DNA of 64,000 nucleotides from a virus. The notes below the pieces were generated by a model. It was given only the letters and a program-made list of their open reading frames with translations, searched no databases and had not been told where the DNA came from. The translations under genes and the position numbers were made by a program. This document shows positions 1 through 8,342 of this stretch, one piece after another (position 1 is the stretch's first letter; every line of letters begins with the position of its first letter). Where the stretch lies: IMG/VR virus record IMGVR_UViG_3300045988_139196; one strand, written 5' to 3'.

Positions 1-395
1 AGAATGTGCCAAGGTAGATTATTCTTACTACAAAACAATAATTCATTCCATATTTGTTGTGATATTATCTCAATATCAGGATGTTTACGCATTTGCTCAA
101 ATATTTCCTTTGTTTCTTCAACCGTAAATTTGCCATAAACATTCTGAAACCACTTTGCCAATGTTTTATTAGTATCTTTCGGAAATAAAAATTTAAGTTC
201 ATCTGCTTTTAAAATGCTATATGTACCAAAGATATTGTAAAACATATTATGCTTTGAATTAAATCTAGCTACATCAGTTTCCCTTGTTCTAAGATTATCT
301 GTCTTAACCGCACCAAATATCTCTGCAACTGCACATAACTCTTTATCAAAACGACCATAACTCGCACTACCACTATATTTATAATCCATACCCAT
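1..395 (-). CDS. hypothetical protein, C-terminal part lies outside the window (N-terminus MGMDYKYSGSASYGRFDKEL)
   Basis: Own translation of minus strand. ATG at 395-393 follows an AGGTGA RBS (rc of 401-406). Frame stays open to position 1. Absent from the supplied track because there is no stop in the window. Confidence 0.5.
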   Translation of the reverse strand, partial: MGMDYKYSGSASYGRFDKELCAVAEIFGAVKTDNLRTRETDVARFNSKHNMFYNIFGTYSILKADELKFLFPKDTNKTLAKWFQNVYGKFTVEETKEIFEQMRKHPDIEIISQQIWNELLFCSKNNLPWHI

Positions 396-403
396 ATAAT
401 CAC

Positions 404-898
404 CTACTTTACAAGTTCAAAATATTTTACGAAATCTTCCCAAACAATGTTTATTGTACCGCCTAATATATTAGTTTCATATTTAGGTTTCCAAGCAATG
501 GGGCGTAAAGCAACATAAATAATAGTTATATATTCATTAATGGGTATAATCTTTGTATATGAAAAGAGTATGTCAATAGTAAATTCAGTATTTGTTGGTA
601 TTGTTTCTATAAAAGCACCCTCAAAAATAGAGTCATTAAAAATATAATCTTTAATACATCTATATTTTCTTCCTTTTATATATTTATTAACAACATTAAG
701 ATAGTCATTCTTTTCGCCATATCTCTTTAATTCTCTATCTGTTGCCCATCTTCTTGTATTATCAGAAAGGTCTACAAGATAATTGTCATTTATATAATAA
801 ACAACTTTACCTATCATAGGCTTGGTAAAAGAACTTACATATATTACTTTATCTCCTATATCATATCCACTAAATCTATCATATCCACTAAATCTCAT
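404..898 (-). CDS. hypothetical protein
   Basis: Track ORF 404..925. Start moved to the internal ATG at 898, which follows GGAGGG (rc) and sits just after the stop of the upstream gene. N-terminus has a duplicated RFSGYD motif. Confidence 0.55.
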   Translation of the reverse strand: MRFSGYDRFSGYDIGDKVIYVSSFTKPMIGKVVYYINDNYLVDLSDNTRRWATDRELKRYGEKNDYLNVVNKYIKGRKYRCIKDYIFNDSIFEGAFIETIPTNTEFTIDILFSYTKIIPINEYITIIYVALRPIAWKPKYETNILGGTINIVWEDFVKYFELVK

Positions 899-900
899 TT

Positions 901-1371
901 TTACCCTCCAAAATAAAGCCACCACTTAGAAGCTTTTGCATTTATCTGCTTTTCCTTCAACTCAGTTATCTTCTTATTATTATCTTGATACACCTTTATC
1001 TGTTTCTTTACGAGTTCATCTGATTTTAAATCAGGATAAAGGCTTACAAGAGTAATAGAACTTTCAGAAGAAGTCATTGCATATGTATCACTTTCATATT
1101 CTTGATACTGCTTTACAACTGTATCAATTTGTTCTTCAATTTGATTATTTTGTTGTTCGTACATAGTAATCATTTCTACTGTATATTTAGATTTTACAAC
1201 CGAAGCTGTAAATCCTAATGTTGCAAATAAACAAGTAATTGTTGTAAAACTGAACAGGATTAAAGAAGTAAACCAACCTGCTGTATCCTTTCCAGCTTCA
1301 TTACCTTTCTTATTAAATATTATAGAAATAATAAGCATAGTGATTGATATAATAAATAAAAGTATAATCAT
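901..1371 (-). CDS. membrane protein with two N-terminal TM segments and a C-terminal coiled coil
   Basis: Hydrophobic stretches IILLFIISITMLIISIIF and WFTSLILFSFTTITCLFATLGF, followed by a charged heptad-like region. Confidence 0.55.
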   Translation of the reverse strand: MIILLFIISITMLIISIIFNKKGNEAGKDTAGWFTSLILFSFTTITCLFATLGFTASVVKSKYTVEMITMYEQQNNQIEEQIDTVVKQYQEYESDTYAMTSSESSITLVSLYPDLKSDELVKKQIKVYQDNNKKITELKEKQINAKASKWWLYFGG

Positions 1372-1458
1372 ATATAATTCTCCTCATATGTAAAATGTAA
1401 ACTAAGTGATAGTTTGTGTATAAATTGTGTATAAAAGATGAGATATGCGTTAATGGCG

Positions 1459-1487
1459 TTGACAAGTTAATTGACCCATGTTATAAT
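1459..1487 (+). promoter_or_regulatory. consensus sigma-A type promoter
   Basis: TTGACA (1459-1464), 17-nt spacer, TATAAT (1482-1487), directly upstream of the small plus-strand ORF. Confidence 0.6.
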
Positions 1488-1534
1488 AAAACAAAAAGGT
1501 AAACAACTTGAAGTAAACAAAAGGTGGTGAAAAT

Positions 1535-1696
1535 ATGTTAGAAATATTCAATAGTTTACTAAGTGTAATATTGTTTATAGGCAATATGTGTAAACAACTA
1601 ATAATCAACGTTCCATTCTTGGGATTTGTTCTTATTGCCCCGATCGTAACAGGTATCTTTAAATTTATAAACCACAAAGTCAATAAATACATCTAA
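1535..1696 (+). CDS. 53-aa hydrophobic peptide (type I toxin-like, holin-like or exclusion peptide), function unknown
   Basis: Own translation: MLEIFNSLLSVILFIGNMCKQLIINVPFLGFVLIAPIVTGIFKFINHKVNKYI. RBS AAAGGTGGTGA lies 5 nt upstream. Has its own promoter and terminator. Too short for the supplied track. Confidence 0.5.
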   Translation: MLEIFNSLLSVILFIGNMCKQLIINVPFLGFVLIAPIVTGIFKFINHKVNKYI

Positions 1697-1706
1697 TATT
1701 CATTCG

Positions 1707-1737
1707 TAAGCCACTCTTTTGAGTGGCTTATTTTTTT
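1707..1737 (+). terminator. rho-independent terminator
   Basis: Stem TAAGCCACTC/GAGTGGCTTA with a TTTT loop, followed by a T7 run. Confidence 0.7.
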
Positions 1738-1739
1738 GT

Positions 1740-2009
1740 TTATTCATCGCCACAGACCCAATTTTTCAGTTCGTCTGCTGATTTCTCGCACGTTGGTTTC
1801 ATCTTAAAGAATTTCCAATGTGAACCATAGTCCACCATAAGTTCCATATCTTTAAACCAATAACGCCTATAGCGTTCTACATTACACAATGCGTTGTCTA
1901 TGATGTAATCATTAATAGCCTGATTACATTCTTGTGGAGTTTTGTAACTCCCTATAATCTTTTTGCTTATACTTTTCTCACCGTATTTCATCAAGTAAAG
2001 TTTAATCAT
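1740..2009 (-). CDS. hypothetical protein
   Basis: Track ORF with a GGTGGTGA RBS (rc) upstream. No recognisable motif. Confidence 0.55.
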   Translation of the reverse strand: MIKLYLMKYGEKSISKKIIGSYKTPQECNQAINDYIIDNALCNVERYRRYWFKDMELMVDYGSHWKFFKMKPTCEKSADELKNWVCGDE

Positions 2010-2073
2010 TTTATCACCACCTTTGTTTTACGTTATTTTATATTTGTAACCTAAAATACGTTACAAAATATTT

Positions 2074-2149
2074 TGGTTGGACTAGCTGGATTCGAACCAG
2101 CGGAATGAGAGAGTCAAAGTCTCTTGCCTTACCACTTGGCTATAGTCCA
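2074..2149 (-). tRNA. tRNA-Gln (anticodon UUG), CCA encoded
   Basis: rc reads TGGACTATAGCCAAGTGGTAAGGCAAGAGACTTTGACTCTCATTCCGCTGGTTCGAATCCAGCTAGTCCAACCA. Acceptor TGGACTA/TAGTCCA, T-loop GGTTCGAATCC, anticodon loop CTTTGAC. Confidence 0.85.
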
Positions 2150-2262
2150 ATATTAGCACTGCTTTCACAGTGCTTTTTGTTCACCTGCCTTTACAAATCA
2201 GTTTGCAATTTGTAATCAACTAATCGATGAACCGTTATCGTTGTCGGCAACCGTAACCGACT

Positions 2263-2338
2263 TGGTGCAACTTAGGGGACTCGAACCCCTGACCCTTTGA
2301 TTAAAAGTCAAATGCTCTACCAACTGAGCTAAAGTTGC
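2263..2338 (-). tRNA. tRNA-Lys (anticodon UUU), CCA encoded
   Basis: rc reads GCAACTTTAGCTCAGTTGGTAGAGCATTTGACTTTTAATCAAAGGGTCAGGGGTTCGAGTCCCCTAAGTTGCACCA. Acceptor GCAACTT/AAGTTGC, anticodon loop CTTTTAA. Confidence 0.9.
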
Positions 2339-2429
2339 AAGTGCAGGTATCACACTACATTCCCTTATGGTGGGATAAGCTCTGTACCTGCTATGCCAAT
2401 TTGCTTTGTACGGCATTGGCAAACTGTAC

Positions 2430-2514
2430 TGGTGTCACTGACGAGACTCGAACTCGCATGGATTTTTCCGAGGAATTTTAAGTTCCTTGTGTATACCTAT
2501 TCCACCACAGTGAC
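2430..2514 (-). tRNA. tRNA-Leu (anticodon UAA), type II with long variable arm, CCA encoded
   Basis: rc reads GTCACTGTGGTGGAATAGGTATACACAAGGAACTTAAAATTCCTCGGAAAAATCCATGCGAGTTCGAGTCTCGTCAGTGACACCA. Anticodon stem AGGAA/TTCCT, loop CTTAAAA. Confidence 0.85.
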
Positions 2515-2560
2515 ACGTCTTATGTTAATTCTACCGTGCTACATTTGAGATTATGATTAT

Positions 2561-2589
2561 AGTATACTACTACTTTTGAGATGTGTCAA
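2561..2589 (-). promoter_or_regulatory. consensus promoter driving the tRNA cluster
   Basis: Minus strand reads TTGACA-catctcaaaagtagtag-TATACT with a 17-nt spacer. A 27-nt stretch is identical to the plus-strand promoter at 23538. Confidence 0.6.
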
Positions 2590-2675
2590 CATGTATAGAC
2601 CAAAGTTTACAAAATATTAATAATTATAGATAATAAAAAAACGAGACCTTAACGATCTCGTTTCTGTGTTAAAAT

Positions 2676-3647
2676 TTAGATTTTTGATCTCTTAGAACAT
2701 TGCTCCAAATATATTTTATATTCTTGCACAATACCCTTACGAGTTAAATTATAATCAAAGAAATCTAATGCTTGACTCAAGTTCTTGCCATTCTTACCCC
2801 CAATATCTTCCGTTCTGTACACGTTTAATAAATATTTATTCGCTCTATAAAAGAAACCCGATTTACTGATAATATTTAATTTCAGGTAGATTTTTGGCAC
2901 AATAATTCTCCTAATACTATTAACAACATTAACCGAGCTAGTGCCACTGGATATAGGACGAAATAAATAATCATTTGTGTTATATGCTTTTGATATGTTA
3001 GTATTATTATATGTGGTTACATCTCTCGATTTACCACAGATATTTTGCGGTTCTTTCCCAAAATGCAATGAATAAATATTATTACATAACTCTTTATGCA
3101 GCATATTAGATACATCTGAAAAATATTCAGAGGTTAAATCTATTGTTTGCCTTTTCCCATTCTGCTGTTTTACCCATAGAACCTGCCTATCAATATCGTA
3201 GTCGCCTTTTTTTATTTTAGATAAAGCACTTTTTGGAACTCCAATCCATAATAAATGGCACATTAACTTGATGTAACAGGAATACGCACTTACCTCTACT
3301 GACCATATGTCTATATCAGGGTTATTCATCGCCTTGTCAATAGCATCATTCAGTTCTTCAATATCAGTGATAAAATTTACTTGAAATTGTATATCTTCAA
3401 TATCGCAATTTATATCTGCAAAACTGAGCCAACTCTTTAGCAGCATTTTACTGATCCTAAAACTACCAAGAGTCGAATTATCTTTTAAAAAGTTAGCAAT
3501 ATTATCATGAAGTGTCTTTTCTTCATTGTATTTTTTCAAAAAACTGTTCAAAGTTGATGCTTTTTTCTTTAACGTTGTATCGCTGGTAATATTCGCTTCC
3601 TTTTCGATATATTGATGTATCGAAAATTCCAACTCTTCTTTTGTCAT
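2676..3647 (-). CDS. hypothetical protein
   Basis: Track ORF 2676..3677. Start moved to the ATG at 3647, which follows a GGAAGGACGG RBS (rc). No recognisable motif. Confidence 0.55.
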   Translation of the reverse strand: MTKEELEFSIHQYIEKEANITSDTTLKKKASTLNSFLKKYNEEKTLHDNIANFLKDNSTLGSFRISKMLLKSWLSFADINCDIEDIQFQVNFITDIEELNDAIDKAMNNPDIDIWSVEVSAYSCYIKLMCHLLWIGVPKSALSKIKKGDYDIDRQVLWVKQQNGKRQTIDLTSEYFSDVSNMLHKELCNNIYSLHFGKEPQNICGKSRDVTTYNNTNISKAYNTNDYLFRPISSGTSSVNVVNSIRRIIVPKIYLKLNIISKSGFFYRANKYLLNVYRTEDIGGKNGKNLSQALDFFDYNLTRKGIVQEYKIYLEQCSKRSKI

Positions 3648-3753
3648 AATAAAACCGTCCTTCCGAATATAATACATATAACAAAAAGCAATCTATTATA
3701 GGAAAATATTGTACTAATTATTATATGTATTATACCAAAAAAACGGTTAAAAG

Positions 3754-4179
3754 TCAAGCTAGTTTTTGGTTAGCACTAACATCGTGTGAAGTTAATGCAA
3801 GAGAAATGCAAATTGCTTGAGAGATTCTTCTCATTTCATTCGGAGTTAAGTGACCCAAATAATTAACTATCTTTGTCTTGCTAATCGTAGCAAGTTGTTC
3901 ACATAGAACGACGCTTGTTTTAGCCACTCCACTCGTTTTGTTAAGCAGGACATGAGTAGGGAAGTATGTTTTATTTTTTGAAACATTTGATGTTAGCGGT
4001 GCGACTATTAAACATGGTGAATATTTATTTCCAATGTTATTTTGCACAACTATTGCTGGACGCACCCCTGCCTGTACAGAACCTCCTACATCAGGAAAGC
4101 TTACCAAAATCAAATCTCCTCTTGTTATCTCTCTGTCACATATTTTTGTGTTATTTTCTTTAAAACAAATTTTTTCCAT
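3754..4179 (-). CDS. MazF/PemK-family endoribonuclease toxin-like protein
   Basis: RGDLILVSFP..GSVQAGVRPAIVVQNN..NKYSPCLIVAPLTS..PTHVLL..SVVLCEQLATISK matches the PemK/MazF SH3-like core. ATG at 4179 lies 9 nt after GGAGG. Confidence 0.7.
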   Translation of the reverse strand: MEKICFKENNTKICDREITRGDLILVSFPDVGGSVQAGVRPAIVVQNNIGNKYSPCLIVAPLTSNVSKNKTYFPTHVLLNKTSGVAKTSVVLCEQLATISKTKIVNYLGHLTPNEMRRISQAICISLALTSHDVSANQKLA

Positions 4180-4305
4180 AAACAACGTCCTCCTTTCTTT
4201 TTATTTAACGTTTTGTTGTTGTCGTTGTTTATTTTTCTTCTTTTTCTATATTATAACCGTACAACTTTTAATATTCATTGTATTTTGATGAATATAATGT
4301 TAAAT

Positions 4306-5166
4306 CTATCTTAATATTTCCATTGAGCCTAAATCATTTCCAAACATAGAAATATTAAGCGTTGCTATCTTTTCTCTTTTCTCAAAAATATTACACAAAT
4401 TAATGATAATTGGCTCTATGTAGCTTTTCTTGTAAAACATATCTGCATTAAATTTGCTCAAGCATCTATTCTCTTGCAAACTCCACAAGCCAATAAAACA
4501 TTTCTTATGCAGCTTGTCATACATTATATAGGGTGTAGCGGCTCGATTATGGTCAACAGCCAAAGTTCCGCAATCGAGTATTTCGCATAGCTTATCTATA
4601 TTTAGCAATTCAAAATATAGATATTGCAAGTTACTGATCTGACTCTTATTAAGATTGCCTAGTGCATATGTGTCGATAAGTAATGTAATCTTATCATTCT
4701 CAACGCTTGACCTAGTTTCATCAATATAATCTTCTTTCAGTAATTCCGTAATTTCAACCCACTGCTTTTTCTCTAGCGGAAAGAGTGGCATAGAAGCCAC
4801 TAAACGTTCAGGAACGTATCGGCAGGAAATAGTTAAAGTGACATCATGTATTCCTATTATAATAGTATCTCTTGCAATGCTTATAATAGCTGATGAAAAG
4901 TCATATTCAAGCCGACCAATCGTCATGCAGTAATCAAGTAGAACTAAATCTTGTGTCCTGTCTAGCTCCAAGCATAGAAAACCATGATCTATCCCACAAA
5001 TATCTTGTAAATCCTCAAAACCACCCCTATATTCTTCTTTAATAATTGGATTGTCAGTTAGCTTCAGAGCTGTTCCGTATATTTTGTCATTATTTTTGTT
5101 GTTTGTAAGTATAAATTCGTTATAGCATTTATTGCATACTAATTTTATTAATTCTTGTAAGACCAT
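4306..5166 (-). CDS. hypothetical protein (286 aa)
   Basis: Track ORF with GGGAG RBS (rc). No recognisable motif. Confidence 0.55.
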   Translation of the reverse strand: MVLQELIKLVCNKCYNEFILTNNKNNDKIYGTALKLTDNPIIKEEYRGGFEDLQDICGIDHGFLCLELDRTQDLVLLDYCMTIGRLEYDFSSAIISIARDTIIIGIHDVTLTISCRYVPERLVASMPLFPLEKKQWVEITELLKEDYIDETRSSVENDKITLLIDTYALGNLNKSQISNLQYLYFELLNIDKLCEILDCGTLAVDHNRAATPYIMYDKLHKKCFIGLWSLQENRCLSKFNADMFYKKSYIEPIIINLCNIFEKREKIATLNISMFGNDLGSMEILR

Positions 5167-5399
5167 TTTTACAACTCCCTTTTAATTTTAATCTTTGTAA
5201 AAGAACATCTGTTCTAATATGCTTATACTATACTATAAAACAAATGTTCTGTCAAGTGATTTATGTCCATTATTTTGTACAGTATATTTTACCACACAAT
5301 TAAGGTAAATATTAGTAAAACTAATTCCCACTGCCTTAATTTTATCACCATTCAATACTTAAATCAATGATAAATTATTCCCAAAAATAAATACACGAT

Positions 5400-5582
5400 T
5401 TAACAGCGACAATAGTTTCTTCGGAAGTTCCATACAATTCCGATATAAACTTCTTTTCGGGTTGATGGGAATGAAAAAGACTCTCCATTCTCATTTACCC
5501 ATATCTCATGCGACCCCTTACCTCTGCGTGAGTATGAAAACCCACGCTCGGCAAGCAGTCTTTTAAATTTGTTTATGTTCAT
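5400..5582 (-). CDS. HicA-like mRNA interferase toxin
   Basis: FKRLLAERGFSYSRRGKGSHEIW matches the HicA/YcfA dsRBD-like motif (G-x-GSH). Start set at the internal ATG (MNINK) after an AAAGGAAC RBS. Confidence 0.6.
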   Translation of the reverse strand: MNINKFKRLLAERGFSYSRRGKGSHEIWVNENGESFSFPSTRKEVYIGIVWNFRRNYCRC

Positions 5583-5649
5583 TTTGTTGTTGTTCCTTTC
5601 TTTTCTAATTTTTGCAAGATTTGAAAACAAAACTTGCATTTTATTTACT

Positions 5650-6426
5650 TTAGTTTGTTGTATTACACTTTCTCAACATTCTAATAATTCCACTCTGACC
5701 CTTTGGCGTTACCATAGGAGTGAGTCCTATTCTGACTGCGCCATTCTGTATGTATGAGCTTTCTTTAAGCTGAAACCATGGCTGAGTGTCTATGTACCTT
5801 TGATAAGGCATATTCTTATGACCGTCCTTACAGCCTAACACTTTCTTTTCTCTCAAAAAATTAAATAGCCTTGTTCTGCCTATCTTTATTCCGTTCTTAG
5901 TTGCCAACTTTGCCATGTCGTTCATTGATATACAATCTTCAGAAGTTTGTATATGACTTGCAAAGTCCACAAGAGGTTTATCCTGCTCTATCTTATTATT
6001 AAGCTGTCTGATCGTTGATAGATTGAGCCTGAACAATTCTCTCGTCTGAGCATCGGCATTTGGCAGATAGGTGTTAATGAACATCTCGTCATTGGCTACA
6101 TAACCGCCTGTCTTGCGTATAGTCGGGAGAACTTCTGAAGTGACCCAACGTTTAAATGTTTTAGCCTTTGGTAGCTTACTTCCGAGAATAAGAGAATACA
6201 AGCCAGACTCATTAATGATAGTCATTGTTTGCTTTCCACCAAGGACGCCCTGAAATGGGGCGTCATTTTTATCATCATCATCAACGTGCCTTGCAATGGC
6301 ATTTCTTGCCTTTGTATACCCCAAAATCTCAGCCACATCTTTTCCGACAAACCAAGGCTCTCCGTCCTTAACTATTGTCCTCACTGTTCCAAATTCCTTG
6401 TTTGTGAATGTTTTAATTCCGTCCAT
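5650..6426 (-). CDS. phage antirepressor, Bro-N domain plus KilAC-like C-terminal domain
   Basis: FTNKEFGTVRTIVKDGEPWFVGKDVAEILGY..ARNAIARHVDDDDK..INESGLYSLILGSKLPKAKTFKRWVTSEVLP is a typical Bro-N sequence. C-terminal half is KilAC-like. Start set at MDGIK. Confidence 0.8.
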   Translation of the reverse strand: MDGIKTFTNKEFGTVRTIVKDGEPWFVGKDVAEILGYTKARNAIARHVDDDDKNDAPFQGVLGGKQTMTIINESGLYSLILGSKLPKAKTFKRWVTSEVLPTIRKTGGYVANDEMFINTYLPNADAQTRELFRLNLSTIRQLNNKIEQDKPLVDFASHIQTSEDCISMNDMAKLATKNGIKIGRTRLFNFLREKKVLGCKDGHKNMPYQRYIDTQPWFQLKESSYIQNGAVRIGLTPMVTPKGQSGIIRMLRKCNTTN

Positions 6427-6517
6427 TTTCTTTGTCCTTTCTGTTCTTAATTTACATTGTTGTTTGAAATTTCCTGCTTGCAAGCATAAAAATACACTAT
6501 TGTCAAAGAAATAGTTC

Positions 6518-6546
6518 TTGACAGCAGTGTTTACTCATGATATAAT
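6518..6546 (+). promoter_or_regulatory. consensus promoter, antisense to the RHH-antirepressor operon
   Basis: TTGACA (6518-6523), 17-nt spacer, TATAAT (6541-6546). Confidence 0.6.
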
Positions 6547-6552
6547 ATATTT

Positions 6553-6661
6553 ACCAGAAGTAACACTTGTCAAAACACCATTACTATAAGTAATGTGCTT
6601 GTGTACTTTTGTTCACCTGACAACTCTGCTTGACTTTCCACGGACAGCAGAGTTGTTTTTT
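6553..6661 (+). ncRNA. candidate ~110-nt antisense sRNA (sar-like)
   Basis: Bounded by the consensus promoter and a terminator (stem CAACTCTGCT 6621-6630 / AGCAGAGTTG 6646-6655, then T6). No plus-strand ORF. Lies in the intercistronic region between the RHH gene and the antirepressor gene. Confidence 0.45.
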
Positions 6662-6842
6662 ATTTGCCAACAATAGTTTTAGTTTCGTTTAGCCTTAGTA
6701 CCAATTCAAACTTGTCATCTACATACATTTTCATGAATGTTTCCAACAAATCGTTCATTTTAATGCCGTTAATAGCACATTTTGACTTGAACTGATTTTG
6801 AATTTCGCTGTCTATTGTTGTTGTGAACGGTTTTCTATCCAT
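6660..6842 (-). CDS. ribbon-helix-helix (Arc/CopG-like) DNA-binding protein
   Basis: 60 aa. KPFTTTIDSEIQNQFKSKCAINGIKMNDLLETFMKMYV fits a beta-alpha-alpha RHH pattern. First gene of the operon containing the antirepressor. Confidence 0.55.
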   Translation of the reverse strand: MDRKPFTTTIDSEIQNQFKSKCAINGIKMNDLLETFMKMYVDDKFELVLRLNETKTIVGK

Positions 6843-6870
6843 TATTATTTTCTCACCTGCCTTTTATTAT

Positions 6871-6899
6871 AGTATAATTTATTTTTATATGTTTGTCAA
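6871..6899 (-). promoter_or_regulatory. promoter of the RHH-ant-hicA operon
   Basis: Minus strand reads TTGACA-aacatataaaaataaat-TATACT with a 17-nt spacer. Confidence 0.55.
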
Positions 6900-7076
6900 C
6901 CATATAAAAATAAAAATCTTTCACAAAATTCTAGCGTATTTTTTGTTGAAATACACAATTTTAGTTTCTGAGATATTACACTTAAACCCTAAATCTTGAT
7001 TTTCAGCCTAAAATATGCTAAAATTTTCTTATAAAAAGTAATTCTAATTAATCTTAGAAATTGGAGGAAATAAAAA

Positions 7077-7736
7077 ATGAGCAAAATAAAATTAATTCTT
7101 ATCGCACTCATGACAATATTAGCATTGTCCTCATGTAATAGTAAAACAACAAGTTCCATATCTGACAGTAATTTCACTACCACTACAACAATTACAACAA
7201 CCACCACTCCCACAACAACTTCTCATACTTTGACAACAACCAAACCATCAACTACCACAACCACTTCCAAATCATCAACTACTACCACAACGACTACAAC
7301 CACAACGACAACTACAACTACCACGCATGATTATAGTTCTGAAATAAGTGCTTTAGAGCAAGAAAATAATCGCCTACAGGGTGAAATCTCCACCTATCAG
7401 AACGAAATAAACAATGAGCAATCTGATATTTCCATCTATGAAATCTATAAATCGGATGCCGAAGATGATGTTGAGGAGGCTAAAATACAGCTTGAAAACG
7501 CCAATAAGAAAATGGTTAAAGTTTATGGTGATGGCGGTTGGACTACAGAAGTTGACTCAGAAGCAGTTTCAAAGGCTCAATCTCACTTAGACGATTGCCA
7601 AAGAGTTGTTGACGTGTACAATGAACTTATATCAGAAAGTCAAAGTAATATTGATTATTATAACACTTGTATATCCAATAATCAAAGTTCCATTGAAAGC
7701 AATAATAGTCTTATAAACGATTATCGTAGCAGATAA
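7077..7736 (+). CDS. lipoprotein with a poly-Thr linker and C-terminal coiled coil
   Basis: Signal peptide with lipobox LALSSC, a Thr-rich low-complexity region of about 65 aa, then heptad-like SEISALEQENNRLQGEISTYQNEINN. Good RBS GGAGGAAATAAAAAATG. Confidence 0.7.
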   Translation: MSKIKLILIALMTILALSSCNSKTTSSISDSNFTTTTTITTTTTPTTTSHTLTTTKPSTTTTTSKSSTTTTTTTTTTTTTTTTHDYSSEISALEQENNRLQGEISTYQNEINNEQSDISIYEIYKSDAEDDVEEAKIQLENANKKMVKVYGDGGWTTEVDSEAVSKAQSHLDDCQRVVDVYNELISESQSNIDYYNTCISNNQSSIESNNSLINDYRSR

Positions 7737-7758
7737 TCATAAAACAGGAGGTAATACC

Positions 7759-8118
7759 ATGAAGAAAATTTGTTCCATTCTTGTGATTGCAATAGGAATA
7801 ACACTATTTGTGATAGGTTATACAACAAAAATTCCAAGCAAAAATTTAACCACATTTTCAATTTTGGAAGGTGACAAGTATAGTGCCATTGACGAATATG
7901 TTGGCGGTGACGCTTACAACTATATCATAGGAGCTTCACTTGTCAGCGGTAAAATAGCCGCTGCGAAAATTGAGAGAGTAATTTTCATATCCACTGGCTC
8001 ATTAATTTTCTCCATTGGCATAATTGGTTTTGCATTTTCATTTAAAACCAAAGAAAAGAAACCTAAAGAAAAAAAAGATGTTGGCGAGCAGGGTGACTTG
8101 TCACAAACTAACGAATAA
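7759..8118 (+). CDS. membrane protein
   Basis: N-terminal TM segment ICSILVIAIGITLFVIGY and C-terminal TM segment VIFISTGSLIFSIGIIGFAF. RBS AGGAGG. Confidence 0.6.
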   Translation: MKKICSILVIAIGITLFVIGYTTKIPSKNLTTFSILEGDKYSAIDEYVGGDAYNYIIGASLVSGKIAAAKIERVIFISTGSLIFSIGIIGFAFSFKTKEKKPKEKKDVGEQGDLSQTNE

Positions 8119-8144
8119 AATTTACAAAGTTCCACAAAATAGTA

Positions 8145-8173
8145 TTGACAAAATGAGTATAGTATGCTATACT
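8145..8173 (+). promoter_or_regulatory. promoter of type III TA locus A (extended -10)
   Basis: TTGACA (8145-8150), 17-nt spacer, TGcTATACT (-10 at 8168-8173). About 26 contiguous nt spanning the -10 and leader (AGTATGCTATACTATAAATGATGAAAG) are identical in the locus B promoter. Confidence 0.6.
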
Positions 8174-8204
8174 ATAAATGATGAAAGGTAGTTATTTACC
8201 ATTT

Positions 8205-8294
8205 CCGCTTACCAATATGCGGGATATAAATGGTTGGGTTGAAAGTTTTCCGCTTACCAATATGCGGGATATAAATGGTTGGGTTGAAAGTTTT
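8205..8294 (+). ncRNA. type III antitoxin RNA: two exact tandem 45-nt repeats
   Basis: CCGCTTACCAATATGCGGGATATAAATGGTTGGGTTGAAAGTTTT occurs twice (8205-8249 and 8250-8294). It sits between a promoter and a terminator, directly upstream of a ToxN/AbiQ-like ORF. Confidence 0.7.
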
Positions 8295-8327
8295 AAGCCT
8301 TGCCGTTGTGGCAGGGCTTTTAATTTT
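8295..8327 (+). terminator. rho-independent terminator between antitoxin repeats and toxin
   Basis: Stem AAGCCTTGCC/GGCAGGGCTT followed by TTTAATTTT. Confidence 0.6.
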
Positions 8328-8342
8328 GGAAGGTGAAAAATA

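Noticed and set aside
2216-2422. 68-aa ORF overlapping tRNA-Lys, and the similar ORF 34286..34684 overlapping tRNA-Asn.
   Set aside because: Both run through well-formed tRNA genes and have no RBS.
2339-2429. Structured spacer between tRNA-Lys and tRNA-Leu (stems TGCCAAT/ATTGGCA and GCAGGTA/TACCTGC) could be a fourth tRNA.
   Set aside because: It cannot be folded into a cloverleaf. There is no T-loop GTTCRA and no D-loop signature.
6989-7213. Minus-strand ORF starting MGVVVVVIVVVVV.
   Set aside because: It is the reverse complement of the poly-Thr (ACN) linker of the lipoprotein gene.
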